A stretch of DNA of 64,000 nucleotides from Vicugna vicugna (taxonomy: Eukaryota), in assembly GCA_013265495.1 (NCBI GenBank), contig MU059330.1:13649980-13713979 (forward strand), given 5' to 3'. Of the stretch, positions 12,380 to 24,000 are shown in pieces. The translations under genes were made by a program, and so were the position numbers. Under the pieces are notes generated by a model that did not search any database, was not told where the DNA came from, and was given only the letters and a program-made list of their open reading frames with translations. How positions within the stretch are numbered: position 1 is the first letter of the stretch; every line of letters starts with the position of its first letter.

Positions 12380-13160
12380 CAAGTGCTTCAGCAGCCCCGC
12401 TGCTTCTCATTCCTGCCGCTGGAATCCATCCGCTCCCGCTTCTCCACCGGGCACGACGACCTGTCACTCGTGTGCTGGACGGTTAGCCCCACGGGGCCGC
12501 AGGGGGCGTGAGGGCACCGGCTTCAGCAGTGCCCCCTCGCCCCGCGCCATGGCCTTGCCCGCAGATGCCGGCCTGACTGGGGCGGGGGTCCTTCTTGGTA
12601 AACACGGAAGCCCCCGCCCGTCGCGAGGTTTGAACTGGCCTCTCTCGCCTCAGCTGTCCCCAGGCCTGCGCCCCCGCCTCCGGTTCCCTCCGCAGCCTGC
12701 CCTGGACGCCGGCGGAGCTGTCCCGTAGCGGAGCTGTCACGGGAGCGGTCCCGCCCCGGAGCAGGCCTGCCGGACGCGAGCGCTTCAGTCACGGCCTTTC
12801 TAGAAGCAGGCTGCGGGGGGCCAGCTGAGCGTCCCTCGCCTTTCAGAACCGCGTCCCCGTCTCCGCCCCTCCTGCTCCAGCCCTGCTGTTTCCAGAATGG
12901 AAACATCAGCAAGACGAGCCTTAGCGGTGCGCCCTCCAGGTTGACCATGCTGCTCACGGCGACGTAGTGACATCACGCGTGGAGGCAGGGACTGTGGGGC
13001 CAAAACCAGTGCTGGACGCACATCCCAGCGGCCGGAGCCCTGGGCGGCGGGCAGGTCAGAAGCCGGAGGCCGGGACCCAGCACGCATGGTGGCTCAGTCA
13101 GATGCCTCGTGACCGCCAGGAAAGAGGAAGGCCGCGAAGCATCGTCAGCGCAGCCTGCAC
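12380..13160. other. CpG-rich/GC-rich patch (CpG-island-like)
   Basis: Dense CG dinucleotides by inspection. CpG observed/expected not computed. Confidence 0.5.
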
Positions 13161-13164
13161 GGCG

Positions 13165-13560
13165 CGACCTACATGTGTTTACTTAATAAGCAGAAGACGG
13201 CTTTATTACACACATTTGATTTCCACGTGCAGCCGTTTCCTTATCTGTCGCTGGTATCTGAGCGGGGCGCTTTCTCCGAATCTGCAAATGAAAAATTCAG
13301 CGCCGGGCACAGGAAACTCATTTAATGTCGAGTGCAGTCAAAATCAGGATTTCTTTATTTGTAGTAACAACGCTGTTAAATCAGAAAGCCACCCTCCCTT
13401 CCTGCGTGTCCTTCTTCCTTCACGACTCAGCTGTTTGATCGTAAATTGTTGAGTGTCGACTTGTCTCGTCCGTTCCCCGCACCGGCCAAGACAGATTAAA
13501 ACCCCGCACAGCGCCGACCCGCCTCGGCATACCATTAGCATATATATGAGATTTGAGACA
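13165..13560. promoter_or_regulatory. Candidate conserved enhancer
   Basis: Unique sequence with tgtttac (FOX), tttattac (HOX/CDX-like), cttatc (GATA), tgactca (AP-1) and gattaa motifs, adjacent to the CpG patch. Confidence 0.45.
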
Positions 13561-14174
13561 TTTTCTAATATTCTCTAGCAGAACTCATCTGTCAGCCAGG
13601 TGATGAATTATAAAATCTCTTAGCTTGTTTGGGAAATAAAAGGGGGGGGAGAAAGAGAGGGGAAGGCAGGGCCCCGATCCCTTCCCTGTGCAGGGGTGGG
13701 GGTCACAACCACCCACGGGGGCATCCCACACAGAGACCCCCTTTGAGGACAGGGCCCTGTGACATGGTCCCCGCTGGAAGACGCGACTGAACCCACATTC
13801 GAGAGGTCCCGAAACACGACGCTTGTGCTTCGAAGATGCGTGCCTCTCGGGTTAACGGAATTTGAAAATTTGAATTCAAGGCTTCAGCCCTGGATCCAGT
13901 CAGATGCGGCGCCCTGCCTGCTGGGCTGAGGGGCCCCCAGAGCACGTGGATGTGAGGAGGGGAGGGTGTCGGGGGCCAACTCGATTCGTTTCCATGGCCC
14001 CACCCCACCACCCCGGCCACCCAGGCACCTCCGAGGCCTCGGCCGGTCGTCCCCCGGGGAGCATCGGTGGAACGAAGTTGCAACTGTGTCTAGCAAACCC
14101 TGTTCTCAGGATCTCAATTCCAAACAATCAGTTTGGGGCTTCCTCCCTAAGCGTGACAGAGAGGCTCAGAGACG

Positions 14175-14508
14175 TAGTCTTATCCCCTTGGGCTGCTGCA
14201 ACCAACCCCCCCGACCGCACAGCCCATGAGTAACGGAGCGCGCTTCCCACAGCTCGGGAGGCCGGGCGTCCGAGACCAGGGCGCCGGCGCGCTGGGGCCC
14301 TTCCTGCTTCAGAGGTTCTCCTGCGTCCTCACGGGCGGGAGGGGCTACGAAGCTCCAGAGTGTCTTGTATGAAGACCCCGATCCCATCCACGGGGCTCCT
14401 CCCCATAACCTGGTCACCCCACCAAAAGGCCTCACCTCCAAGCGCCATCACTGGGGGTTAGGATCCCCACACACGGATCTGGGGGACACGAGCACTCAGA
14501 CCATAGCA
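14175..14508 (-). mobile_element. MLT1A0-like MaLR solo LTR, heavily GC-shifted
   Basis: Collinear with the MLT1A0 reverse consensus from 'tagtcttatccccttgggctgctgca' to 'gggggttaggat...gggggacacgagcactcagaccatagca'. Confidence 0.85.
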
Positions 14509-17049
14509 GGGACCTAACGGCAGAAACGTTTATGATCTGAGTCACTCACGCTGATGAGACTCAGTAACTGTTCAGGCCTCAGAACCTCTCCGGGGTCTCT
14601 CGTTCCCGGGAACTAGGGAGAGTTCACCCTCACGTGGGGCCTGTCCTCAGCCGCACGGACGCCCCCTCAGCCCCAGCTGTCAGGAGCCCCTGCAGAGCAG
14701 GCCGGGCGTCTGGGGTGCGTCCCCGCTCCAGGATGCTCCCCCCAACGAGGCCTCCCCCGAAGACGGGCCTCACCTGTCACCCTCGGGCACGTCTCTGGGG
14801 GCATCTGTGGGTTTTCGCTCTGTGATTGGTCAACACTGAGCTCCTATTTCTAATGCAGAGACCACCACCAGGTGTGGTACAGTTCCCATTTCTGTCTTGT
14901 TTTATTAGCAGGAGCCCCTGCAGACGGAGTCCGAGTGGCGTCGGCTGCTCAGGCTGCGTGGTCCCGGTGCGCGGTGAGGGGTATGTCCGCGGCGCTCTCA
15001 GCGGGAGGGCCGGGTGGGAGCTGCGTGGCCGGGGGCACCGCCAGGGCAGGACGAGCTGGTGGGAGCAGTATCCCGTAAGGAGGATGTAGGGCAGGGGCCT
15101 GGGGACACTGATGCTGGCAAACGTGGACAGAGGGCCCCACACACGTGGAGGGGAGCAGGCCACGCTTGTCCTGGGAGGTGGGGGCTGTCGGACAGCCAGC
15201 AGGTTGTCAGCAAAACGGGCTCTGCGGAGGCACGTGGGCCACCCTAACGTGCAGACATCAGCAAACTCAAGCATAAGCAGTCTTTTGGGAGATGGCGTTA
15301 ACGTCAAGGTGTGCGTCTGGGGCCAAGCAGGCTTAGGTGGGTCACTTTGTGTTCCCGGCACGTCCAGCAGCGCCAGCAGGGAGCCAGCGTCCAGTCAGCA
15401 TTTACTTCGGTGAAGTGAGAGATGAGAGCAATTCATGGGTGACCATGCTTCCCCATCTTGATGAAAAGGTGAAGTGTCTTCCGGAACATAGTCCAAGATC
15501 AGGAAACAGCCGCAGAGCAGGACCCGTCGCCTCACCCACCATCTCTCTGACTATGGCAGGACCGCAGCGTCCGAGCCGAGGAGTCCCGGGCCCGGGCGGA
15601 CCAGCCCGGCTCCACGGCTGCCCATGCCCCAGGGCCTGTGCCCGCTGGGCACGGCTTCCTCGGAGCCGGGTAGTCCTGTTTGTCTCAGTGTCACCCCCAG
15701 CGTTCATTCAGGGGAAGGAGGCAGGCATCTCCCTGACTTCTTAGGGAAAAGGCTCATCTGTGAGGCCCCCGCAGGCAGGGTCTCGAGGGGGAGGTCACTT
15801 AGGGCCCCCCTACTGCCACGAGCAGCAGAGAGGGGGCTCGGCCCTGGGGGCCCAGGAGGAGGGGCTGTGGCCGGGCTCCAGAGCAGGGGAGGCGTGTGCC
15901 TCCCCGTGGCCACTCTCGAGACAGAGTAGACGGGGTGGAGCCGTCATGAGGCGGAGGCGGCCCGCAGAGGTGAACTGAAATCTCCTTTTCCACGACAGGA
16001 GTGCTCGCGGTCCCAGACACCTGCGCCTCTCACCTGCCAGCTTTCCAGAGGCTCAGGTCTGGGCACCACACGCACCCTGGGGATTAGCCGGACATCAGAC
16101 ATGGCTTTTCGCACACAGGACCCTGGCCACGCTAGGAGGGCAGCCTGGAGAGGGAGGCCTGGCCACAGGCGGGAGCCGGTTCAGGAAGGTGGGGCCCCGA
16201 GCAGCCGAGATGGACTCTCCCAGAGCAGAAGGAGGCCGGGGGCTGGTTCCCAGCCCCTTAACAGCTGTGCGGGCCATTTCACGAAGGCCGGAGCCCCCAC
16301 TCGTGGTCTCGGGCGGTGACCGCAGCCCAGGTGCAGCTGAGCTCCCAGGTGGATGAGGCAGTTGGTGTGACAGCTCGGACTTCTCTCCGCTCCTGCTGAC
16401 CTCCCGTGTGTCCAGGGTTCCCCCGGGCTGTGAGCACAGTGCCCAGATGGTGGCCCACTGGGCTCGAGGGGCGTGATGTCACCCTCTTCCTCTGTGTCCC
16501 CCTTGGCTCCCAGGCAACAATAGAGGGCAGATCAGATTAAGATGGCCAGTGACACTGGGTCCCGCAGCAGGTGAGGGGGCTCCTTGGATGGAGGTGTAAA
16601 CAGAAGATGCTGCAGCCAACTTGGGTCCCACACGGGGCAGTGAGGGGACAGGCCAGCGGCTGGACGGCGCCCTCAGCTTCTCCATGGAACAGAGCAGTGC
16701 GCGTTTAGCAGGCCCGCTCCACGGACGTGGGACGCCTCCCGAGACAAACACACGAGTGTGTGCGCCTGTGTGCCTTCTCAGGGGCCCGCCCAGAAGGCCC
16801 GCAGGGGAGAAACTGTCTTTTTGTGGAAGCACACAGTGAAGCCCTCTGGGTAGAGAGTGGGCCCTGAAGGCAGGGGCATACACACTCGGCATAGACAACC
16901 CAAGGAGCTCTTAGCTGTAGAACTAATCATATGAAAATTAGGTTGTTTAAAATTTTGCTCCTGCAAGGGAGAGAAGGGAAAGTGGACGAGAATGCCTTTC
17001 ACCCACTCACCTGACACACTCTGAATGCACAGCCGCTGTGTCTGGAGAA

Positions 17050-18340
17050 CAGCTCACGGGTTCCAGAGTAAAGTGACCAGAGCGGAAAACTGAGGGCAAA
17101 TTGCTGGGCACACAGTTAGATGGGGAGTGGGGAGAACCAAAGAAACAAATCCATGGAATATATGGGGAGGTGATAAGGGCCAAGGAGACACACCAAGCAG
17201 GGAAGGGGGGCATGGGGTGGGGAGTACCCATGAAGTGGAGTAGCCATGGGGTGGAGTAGCCACGGGGTGGAGTAGACTTGCTTTGGAGTAGCCATGGGGT
17301 GGATTAGACTTGCTTTGGAGTAGCTATGGGGTGGAGTAGCCACGGGGTGGAGTAGACTTGCTTTGGAGTAGCCATGGGGTGGAGTAGCCATGAGGTGGAG
17401 TAGCCATGGGGTGGAGTAGCCATGAGGTGGAGTAGCCTTGGGGTGGAGTAGCCACGGGGTGGAGTAGACTTGCTTTGGAGTAGCCATGGGGTGGAGTAGC
17501 CACAGGGGGAGTAGACTTGCATTGGCGTAGCCATGGGGTGGAGTAGACTTGCTTTGGAGTAGCCATGGGGTGGATTAGACTTGCTTTGGAGTAGCCATGG
17601 GGTGGAGTAGCCACAGGGTGGAGTAGACTTGCATTCTAGTAGCCATAGAGGGCTTCACTGAGGAAGTGACATTTGAGCAGACAGGAATGGGACAGGGGGA
17701 AGAGGAGCCCAGCATGGAGGGGAGAAGGAGATCCTGGGTGTGAGACCATGCTGAGCACCATCCAAATTCAGCAAGGACCCGGCATGGCCAAGAACGTGAG
17801 TGAAGCTGAGCAGCAGCCAGACAGGTGAGGGGAGCTGCAGATGGTGGGTCTGGACGCACTGAGCACAAAGCTGGCTCTCACCCGGAGGGGCAGGGCCTCT
17901 CCAGGATCACCCTGGCTGCTGGTGGGGGACAGATTGCTGGGGACGAGCAGACGCAGAGGACCCACGGCACAGTCTGCAGTGCTCTGGGTGAGTGCTGGTG
18001 GGCCGAGGCTACTGAGACCAGGTGAGTGGGGAGAACGGTGGGCCGGCAGTTTGGCCGTCGACTGGATGTGGGCTCCGGAGACGCAGAGAAGCCAAGACCG
18101 ATCTGAAGCTTGGGACCCGAGCCGCCAGGAGGAAAGCCCTGCGGTGAGCTGAGAGGGGCTGACGGGGCCTGGGAGCAGGGGTGGGAGGGAGGTGGGGATC
18201 GGGTCAGCACACACGGGCTTTGCGTGCTGACTCCCTGCGGAAGCGGTCATCCAGGGCACAGGTGGGGGGGGTCTGCCTTTTGGGGAGGGTGTCCGTGGCT
18301 GGAGATGCAGCTTTGGATTTATCTGCATATAAAGGAGATC
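17050..18340 (-). mobile_element. L2 LINE 3' region, interrupted by a minisatellite
   Basis: L2 hallmarks 'gataagggccaaggagacacaccaagcagggaagggg', 'ggcttcactgaggaagtgacatttgagcagac', 'ggatcaccctggctgctg', 'gactggatgtggg' and 'gctggagatgcagctttggatttatctgcatata'. It may extend to ~18960. Confidence 0.7.
17221..17651. repeat. 16-bp minisatellite (VNTR), ~27 units of two variants: A=ggagtagccatggggt, B=ggagtagacttgcttt
   Basis: Units parsed directly from the sequence. Register is kept at 16 bp except one 15-bp unit at 17493-17507. Confidence 0.97.
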
Positions 18341-19930
18341 TGAATTTCTTGCAAAGGACTGAAACCATTGAGGGTGAGGCTGGGAGCCTCCAAAATCCAG
18401 AAGCAGTTGACACTGCCAGTAAGGAGAGGAGAGCAGAGGTCAGGGCAGCTCTGCCCCTGGTGCCATGTCTACCCACCTCCGTCCCCTCCCAACACATGCC
18501 GCAGCTTCCTTGTCCGACCTGGTATCTGCCTCCCCACCTGGAACCAGAGCCCAGCAGTGTTGCAGTTTGGGTTTGCTTCCTGCACGGTGTGGATATGCAG
18601 GTGGGAAGTTCAGCAAACACTGGCTGAACACATCAGTGAATGACGGGGGCTCCTGGGAGCCAGCAGAAGTTTCCAGACAGGAGGGAGAGTCTGGCCGTGT
18701 GGGAGGTGCTGCTGCTACTGTGGATAAAACGCAGACTCAATGGCCAAAGGAGAAGGAGCCCGACTGGGAGACTCAAGAGAGATGGAGAGAGAAGGCAGGG
18801 CCCCCGGGCTTTGTGGGAAAGAAGCCCAGAAGGAGCGCTGGATGAGGTCAAGGAGGTGGTTGGTGCCTGCCCTGAAACCCAGGGGAAGAGGTGGCAGAAA
18901 GCCAGCATCCTTATCAGGGAAACATCTGGCAAGAAGTCCCAGTGACAGGGCTGGGGGAGAGAAACTCTCATAAGAGCAGGCACCTCTGATGTGTGGTTTG
19001 TGCTGTTTAAGCACCAGCATGTCCTGTGACCTCCATGAATCACGTGATCATGGCCCGTGAGACCACATCTCACACGGCATGCGTGGTAACTGCTTCCACT
19101 GCCTGCCTGTCTGCCCTCCCCGCCGTGCACCCTGAGTGTACCGCAGCGCTGGGAAAGGCTGAGCCAAAGGAGGGGCGACTACAGAGGGAGGGAGAAAGTT
19201 TCAATGTGCTGCGACAGTCCCCAAGTATTCAAACTCCAAAGTGAGCTGTTATTTTTACTCAGAGCCCAATCCCTTTTAATGACATTTTTTGAAGCAGAAA
19301 GGAAAGAGAACATTTGCCAAGTATTTGGTAAATAAATCAACATTTCAAACCTCGTGTGCAGCACAGGGGCCTTGATGGTGTCTCAGCTGCTGGGCGGATG
19401 CTGAGTGGGCACTTCTGTCGGGCTCTGGACAGTCTGCCTGAGGCCTAGCGCTCTGACCCCTCCTAGCCATGAGCATGGGCCCCGCGTGGCTCCCTGCTGG
19501 GCTGTCGCAAGATTCCCGTGAAACAACACACGTCGAAGTGCCAGCAGAGCCCGCCTGCCACCTCCCCGTGGGGGAGCTCACAGCACGCAGCCCATTTCCG
19601 TGCTTCTCATTCTGTTTTACTGCAGTTCTTTCCTGTAAACTGCACCGTTCCCTGACCACACACTGTCCAGACTTTAGCAGTGCGGTTTGTTCTGGAACCT
19701 GAATGAGAAGTACACCAGCGATTGCAGGCATTCTGACCTGAGTAATCTGTTTGAGGACGTGAAGTAAGACTGCCTCGATTCTGTTTCCCTGCTGGTTCTC
19801 TATTAGGCAACACTGCTTTTGTCCAAGGATGAAAATAGGAAGACGGAGGTGGTGTCCCAGCAGTTCTCTCTCAGGTCTTCTCACACCTGCCTCAGCTCCA
19901 GGCAGCTGCCACGCTGTGTCTTAGTGGTTT

Positions 19931-20534
19931 TGTTACTGAGTGGAACTTGCAGCCACTTACCACACACAGCAACGCCAACCTCCTGCCCCCAGGTGGTGGT
20001 GAGGGGAAGTGCAGGGTTTATTGCAGGCGCCCAGCAAGGGGTCCAGGCAGCTGGAGCTCAAAGGGCCTGAATGCCCCACGGCTCTCAGGGGAGGGTTTAA
20101 AGATGGGGAGGAGGGGCTGTGGGGGGCATGGTCAGCTCGTGGACGCTGTTCTGAGTGGTCGGTGGGGAGGTCACCGGGCGTCGGCATCATCCATCTTCTG
20201 GTTCCAGCTGATCTGGGTCCACGTGTGGGGGGCAGCACGTAGTCAGCCTCTTCCCCTTGGCGGGGCCTCGGTGTCCGCAGAACAGCTCAAAGGACGAGGC
20301 TCAGAGCATTGCCCACAGACCTTGAGGAGCAACTAAAGGTCTTTGACTGTTTAATGGCTGAACTATGACTAGTTTGTCTTGCTTGACTGTTTTCCTCTGT
20401 GTCTGCGTTTTCTCACTTCTCTGATTAAATTTATTCGTTGGAACTCGAGGTAGCCTAGAGAGCTAAGGTTTTCTACAGACAAGAGGCAGGTGGAGGACAC
20501 GGGGGTCTGTCCTGAGACACGATGAGCTGTCACA
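19931..20534 (-). mobile_element. ERV1 solo LTR, MER41-like cetartiodactyl family
   Basis: TG...CA termini (tgttactg...tgtcaca), a minus-strand poly(A) signal (tttatt at 20017-20022), and internal segments 'cagctcaaaggac..ggctcaga', 'ccttgaggagcaactaaaggtctttgact' and 'ttctcacttctctgattaaatttattc' typical of this family. Subfamily name from memory. Confidence 0.75.
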
Positions 20535-22539
20535 GAGTTCAAGCTTCTGAAATACAATCTTATCCTGTCTTTGCTCCCAGAGACCTCCAGGTGCTTCCTC
20601 TGTTCCCGAATGAAGCCTCAGTGCCACGCCCGTGTTCAGAGAGCCTGCCAGCAGGCCCACACGCCCGTCAGGGGCCGCCCACCACGCCCGCCTCTGAAAT
20701 CCGTGGGGCTGATTTATTGAGGTGGGAGCACGTGGGGACCCTTTGGCCGCGTGTCACCCCCGGCCAGGCCCTGGACTCCATCCCGGCCTCCCAGGCACCT
20801 TGGCCAAATCCCTGGGCTCCCGGTCCCTGGTTCCAAGTGGTGCTCATTTATGATATGAAGACCTCCAGCCTGGCTGAGTCAAAGCCTCAGGGTCTCACGC
20901 GGCTCAGACCCTCACCTCCCTCCACCTCAGGTTGGACCCGCAGCTCAGCCCTGCAGTGGGACGGGCCCCCATAGGGCTTCAGCTTCTCGCACTTCCTCTC
21001 CCAGGGTCCAGCCTTCAGGGCCTGCGGTGCTGGGTCTGTCCCCGACCACCAGTCATCTGCTTTCGTGGGTGTGCCTGTGGGAAGGACCGTCTCCACAGGG
21101 AGCCCCTTTTCCTTGTCCCGATGCAGAGGGGGCCACACTCTGGGACAGCCCATGCCGGCCACCTCTGGCTGCATCACACCTACCCCGTGCTCTGCGACTC
21201 GGGTGGTAGGTTCCCAAGGGCTCATGAGGTGACCGGTCAACTCAGCGAGTCTGCAGACCTGGGCCGGGCTGGCCTCTGCGGGGCCTGGGGTGGCCCCGGT
21301 CACCTGACAGGAGGGCAGCCAGCTGTCAGCAGGGCCACGGGCCTGCCTTCACCCACCAGGCCAGCTCGGGCTGGTTCACACGATGATCTCAAGTCAGCCA
21401 GCAGGGTCCTGGGCCCGGGACTGTCTCACAGTCACCCTGCCAGCTTCTGTTGGCCAAACACACACAAGGGACCAGCCCAGACTCAGCGTGGGGTGTACAC
21501 GATGGGTGTTCACATCCCATCACAAGAGGCGGGTATCCCAGCACGAGGGTGACTGTGGACAGACATCGTGCTGGGAACCCAAACACTAGGCAGGAGGGGC
21601 TGCTGGTCAGGATGGCTCGAGCCCACCCCTCCACAACCGCCACTGCCACGGAGACTCAGCACCCCAGCCGGGCTGCCGGGCCCTCGGCCTCACCCGCAGC
21701 CACGGCTTCCAGCCACCTGCCCTCCGGGAGCTCCCGGGCAGAGTCTCTTGGCCGCCCACCTACAGAGTCTCAAGTGGCACTTCAGGGGGTCCTAAGAATG
21801 GTCTCAGAGCATCCTCCTCAGGCCCTGGGCAGCAGCACAAAGACCAGCCCCCCACCGCTCAGTCCGAGCCCCCGATAAGAGCCCCAGTCCCACGAACGCT
21901 GTCCTTGGAGGCCCTGGATCTGTGGGGGGTCAGGGAGCACTCCTCCCCGACAGGCAGGGGTGGGGCAGAAAGCCAGAGAGCATCCGCGCACACGGAGGCC
22001 ACGCCTCCTCCCGAGTCTCCACCCCTTCCCGTGGCGGGTGGGAGTCACCGAGACCAGGGGTGGGGCAGCCCAGCCCCTCCCAGGGGGGAGCCTTGTCTCC
22101 AGCCTGGAGCGCGGCTGGAGGCCCCACTTCACTTCCTCTTGCGCAGGTCACCCAGGCTCCTGACTCCTCGTTCTGCTCCTGGTCATAACGGAGCTCGCTG
22201 TTCCGTAACTTCCACGACAGAGACACCAGCGTTCTGCCCGCGCTGTGCGCTTCCTGAGGCCGGGGAGGTGGCGGGAGGGCACCCGTCGCTCTTCTGCCAG
22301 GGAAAGGAAATGCACTCGTCCGGAGCCGCAGTGCCACAGCCCTGCAGTCCTCCCGGGAGAGCACACAGACGCCGCCAAGCGGTCCCGTCACGTGACCTCA
22401 TCTTAGGGCTCACTGAAGCCCGTTTGTGTGCAGCTGGTCGGAAATATTGACGGAAAGTGGATTATTTCTTTTGAAAAGGATTGATCGCTATGAACTGAGT
22501 ACAGTTCAAGGGAAGACCATCAGCTCGCTGACGACCTGA

Positions 22540-24000
22540 AACGGGCTGTTCGCGGTCAGGGTCCGGGTCCAGGAGGCCCAGGGCCCGGGGGACGGGCGGC
22601 ACGGGAGCGCGCTCGGGCCCTTCCCGCTGCAGCGCGGCCTCCGCCTCTCCCTCCGCCCTCGGGCTCAGTGGGAGCGCTGGTTACCACCGTGTTGACCACC
22701 CTGACACGAAGCAGGGGACGCGCCCCGTCCCTCCCCCCAGGACTGCAAAGTCTCGAAACTGAAGGGAAACTTTGGAACAAAAGTGCTGCGAGGGGGAGAC
22801 GGGCCCATGACTGCTTCCGCAGTGAGCAGTCACGACCGACCGTGCCCTTGCCCTGGAATTCTGTTTTTCTTCTCATGATGATTTGACAGTCTTGAAACAC
22901 ATCACCGTTAAAAAAAAAATTCAAAGGAGACAAAGGAAATGAATAAAATCCCTGCTCGGAGGGGGCAAAGTGATGGAGGCTTGGAGGAGGAAGCGCCAAT
23001 AGGGGGATTTCACGCTTTGGTTAATTAAACGAACAAAGGGAAGGAGCGCGGGAGGCTGTGTCCCCCGCAGCAGCTCCCGCCACCGCAGTGATGGGCGCCC
23101 CGCCCTCGGCTCCAGTGGGCAGCGCGCTCCGGGGCTCCACCCTCGCCGCTGTGGCAGGGCCACCGCCTTCCTCTCCTCCTTTTATTAAATGACTAAGTGC
23201 AGCCGGCTGTGTCCGCGCTCCCCCTCTTGCAACGATTGGACTGTATTATTTTACATTTTGATTGAAATGATGTCACAGCCAGATAAAAGCCGGGCCGGGC
23301 GCTGTAATGGGGGCGTCCGAGTTGCTTACGCCGGTGATCTCCGGCGGCTCCCCTTGTCCCGACGCTGCACACATAAGGGCCTCTCTTGTTTAACACGCCG
23401 CTGATGAGATCTAGTAACACAAAAGGTACCCGCATGGAGTTTCAGGGAAAAAAATTACAAAAAAAGCCTAAATGGGAAGAGACGCCTTCTGCCGAACTTC
23501 CCAAGTGTGGCTGGAGTGTCCCTAACCGCGCGTCGCATGGCGTCGGTGCCGATGCAAGCCGCCCTGACGGGCGCCATCTGAGGGTGGCTGACGGCGCCGG
23601 GCCCTGCTGCCTGCATGCCGCGCCCACACGCCCTGCAGCCGCCGCTCTCCCGCGCAGCGGGTTTCCGTGCTTCTGCTGGGCGCGGAAGGAACGTGACGTC
23701 CACCGTCGTGACGAAAACGGGAGAGTTCATGAGGTCTCACTTCGTGCAAAGGATTATTGTTCTTTTAGGTAACAAAGTTCTTGGAGAAAGTCCTGCCTCT
23801 GAAACAGAGCGGCGAAGGCACCCTTGGCATCAGAGGCGACCGAGCCGGCCGCACCTGTGTGGTTGCGCGCGGAAGGGGAAAAGCTGTGTTGCCACCGTTT
23901 GTGCCCACAAGTGACCGCGTTGTTTAATTCTGTGTATTTCAAGGTAAGGCTCAGACTGTGCTGTCAGACAAGGTGGGGTTTGAAGTTTTTAAAAGTAAGA
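22540..24000. promoter_or_regulatory. CpG island with an embedded CNE-like core (22860-23460)
   Basis: CpG-dense flanks. The core has TTCAAAG (TCF/LEF, 22920-22926), ACAAAG (SOX, 22930 and 23033), TTAATTAA (23021-23028), CCAAT/ATTGG, TGATTGA, TGTCA and AGATAA (23281-23286). Confidence 0.55.

Noticed and set aside
13296-13316. RE1/NRSE-like TTCAGCGCCGGGCACAGG
   Set aside because: It has several mismatches to TTCAGCACCNNGGACAGCGCC, including in the right half-site.
17221-17651. CRISPR-like array
   Set aside because: The units are contiguous with no unique spacers, there are no cas genes, and the context is mammalian.
17116-17868. Repetitive 'MATPPHGYSTPWLLHP' ORFs resembling a repeat protein
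   Set aside because: These are simply translations of the 16-bp minisatellite in rotating frames.
19926-20539. Target-site duplication for the ERV1 LTR
   Set aside because: The flanks gttt and gagt do not match, so no TSD is claimed.
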